Source: Mytilus californianus
Lineage: Eukaryota
NCBI RefSeq assembly: GCF_021869535.1
Contig: NW_026262668.1
Span: forward strand, 28,582,001-28,646,000
Reading direction: 5' to 3'
Length of the DNA: 64,000 nt
Positions 63,379-64,000 of the stretch are shown one piece after another (position 1 is the first letter of the stretch; the number at the start of each line of letters is the position of its first letter). The translations under genes and the position numbers were made by a program. Under the pieces are notes generated by a model that saw nothing but the letters and a program-made list of their open reading frames with translations, was not told the DNA's origin and made no database searches.

Positions 63379-63863
63379 TGTGACTGGATTGCTTCCCTTC
63401 AGTATTAGATACTTAGCTATATATACATGATATATATAGTCAGTCATACATGTAAGTGGTTAAGCTAAGGAAGTACTTCTTTAGCTCAGTCAGTTAAAGC
63501 ACTGCCTTGTAACACAGAAGTCCCAGGTTCGAGTCCCAGTGGAGACAATGTGATTTTCTCATAAGAATCATTGAGAATCATGCTCTCCGGTTATATTTGA
63601 CGCCCAACTAAAAACCCATGGTGGTTAGAGAGGTTTTCAAGCTAGGGTATGTGTTATTAGAGTCATTAATTGATAATGGTATGATGACTCTTGGGGTGGG
63701 GGAAGTTTGACAGGATTGCTTCCCTTCAGTAGTAGATACTTAGTCAGCCGTTGAGCTAAGGAAGTGCTACTTTAGCTCAGTCGGTTAAAGCGCTGCCTTG
63801 TAACACAGAAGTCCCGGTGGAGACAGTGTGATTTTCTCATAAGAATAATGCTCTCCGGATACA
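63379..63863 (+). mobile_element. TRIM (miniature non-autonomous LTR retrotransposon) with tRNA-like LTRs, Helenus-type
   Basis: 5' LTR 63379-63595 starts TGTGAC; degenerate PBS TGACGCCCAAC at 63598-63608; PPT GGGGTGGGGGAAG at 63693-63705; 3' LTR 63706-63863 ends CA; GATA on both sides (63375-63378 and 63864-63867). Confidence 0.85.
63474..63547 (+). pseudogene. tRNA-Thr(UGU)-like sequence inside the 5' LTR (second, B-box-deleted copy at ~63766-63827)
   Basis: TAGCTCAGTCAGTTAAAGCACTG-C-CTTGTAA-CACAG-AAGTCCCAGGTTCGAGTCC contains an A box, a TGT anticodon loop and a B box. The anticodon and acceptor stems pair poorly, so this is not a functional tRNA. Confidence 0.7.
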
Positions 63864-64000
63864 GATATATATGTAAATACTAAGTCTGATGTAAAAAAAG
63901 AAAAGTGGGAGATACATAATAATAATTTCACTTATTTGTTCTTCAATTTTTATCAAATTATCAGTTGTGGTTATCTGTTATTCATTTAGAAATGTTTGTG

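Noticed and set aside
63474-63547. Functional tRNA-Thr gene
   Set aside because: The stems are broken, there is no T-run terminator, and it lies inside an LTR; treated as tRNA-derived.

Overview
AT-rich eukaryotic genomic DNA; the repeat families suggest a bivalve mollusc, probably Mytilus-like (inference). Four protein-coding genes are supported. (1) RNASEH2A, intronless CDS, minus strand, 1072-1995. (2) A golgin A2/GM130 orthologue, reconstructed by hand as 26 coding exons and about 982 aa, plus strand, 10617-43274. (3) An intronless ZIP1/2/3-type zinc transporter, plus strand, 52413-53375, whose last transmembrane helix lies in frame beyond a TGA. (4) TM2D1, intronless CDS, minus strand, 61971-62576. 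The rest is repeat-rich: a 5'-truncated CR1/L2-group LINE with an open RT ORF, many Helentron/DINE-like (HINE) elements with internal satellites, several TIR MITEs and tRNA-derived SINEs. The most notable observations are a 485-bp LTR-PBS-PPT-LTR miniature retrotransposon with a 4-bp TSD and tRNA-Thr-like Pol III cassettes in its LTRs (63379-63863); the in-frame TGA in the ZIP gene; three minisatellites seeded on GM130 exon ends, one giving in-frame tandem splice donors; and a 3.9-kb A-B-A-B-A composite of a TIR element bounded by one outer TSD. All calls come from reading the sequence by eye; no searches were run.
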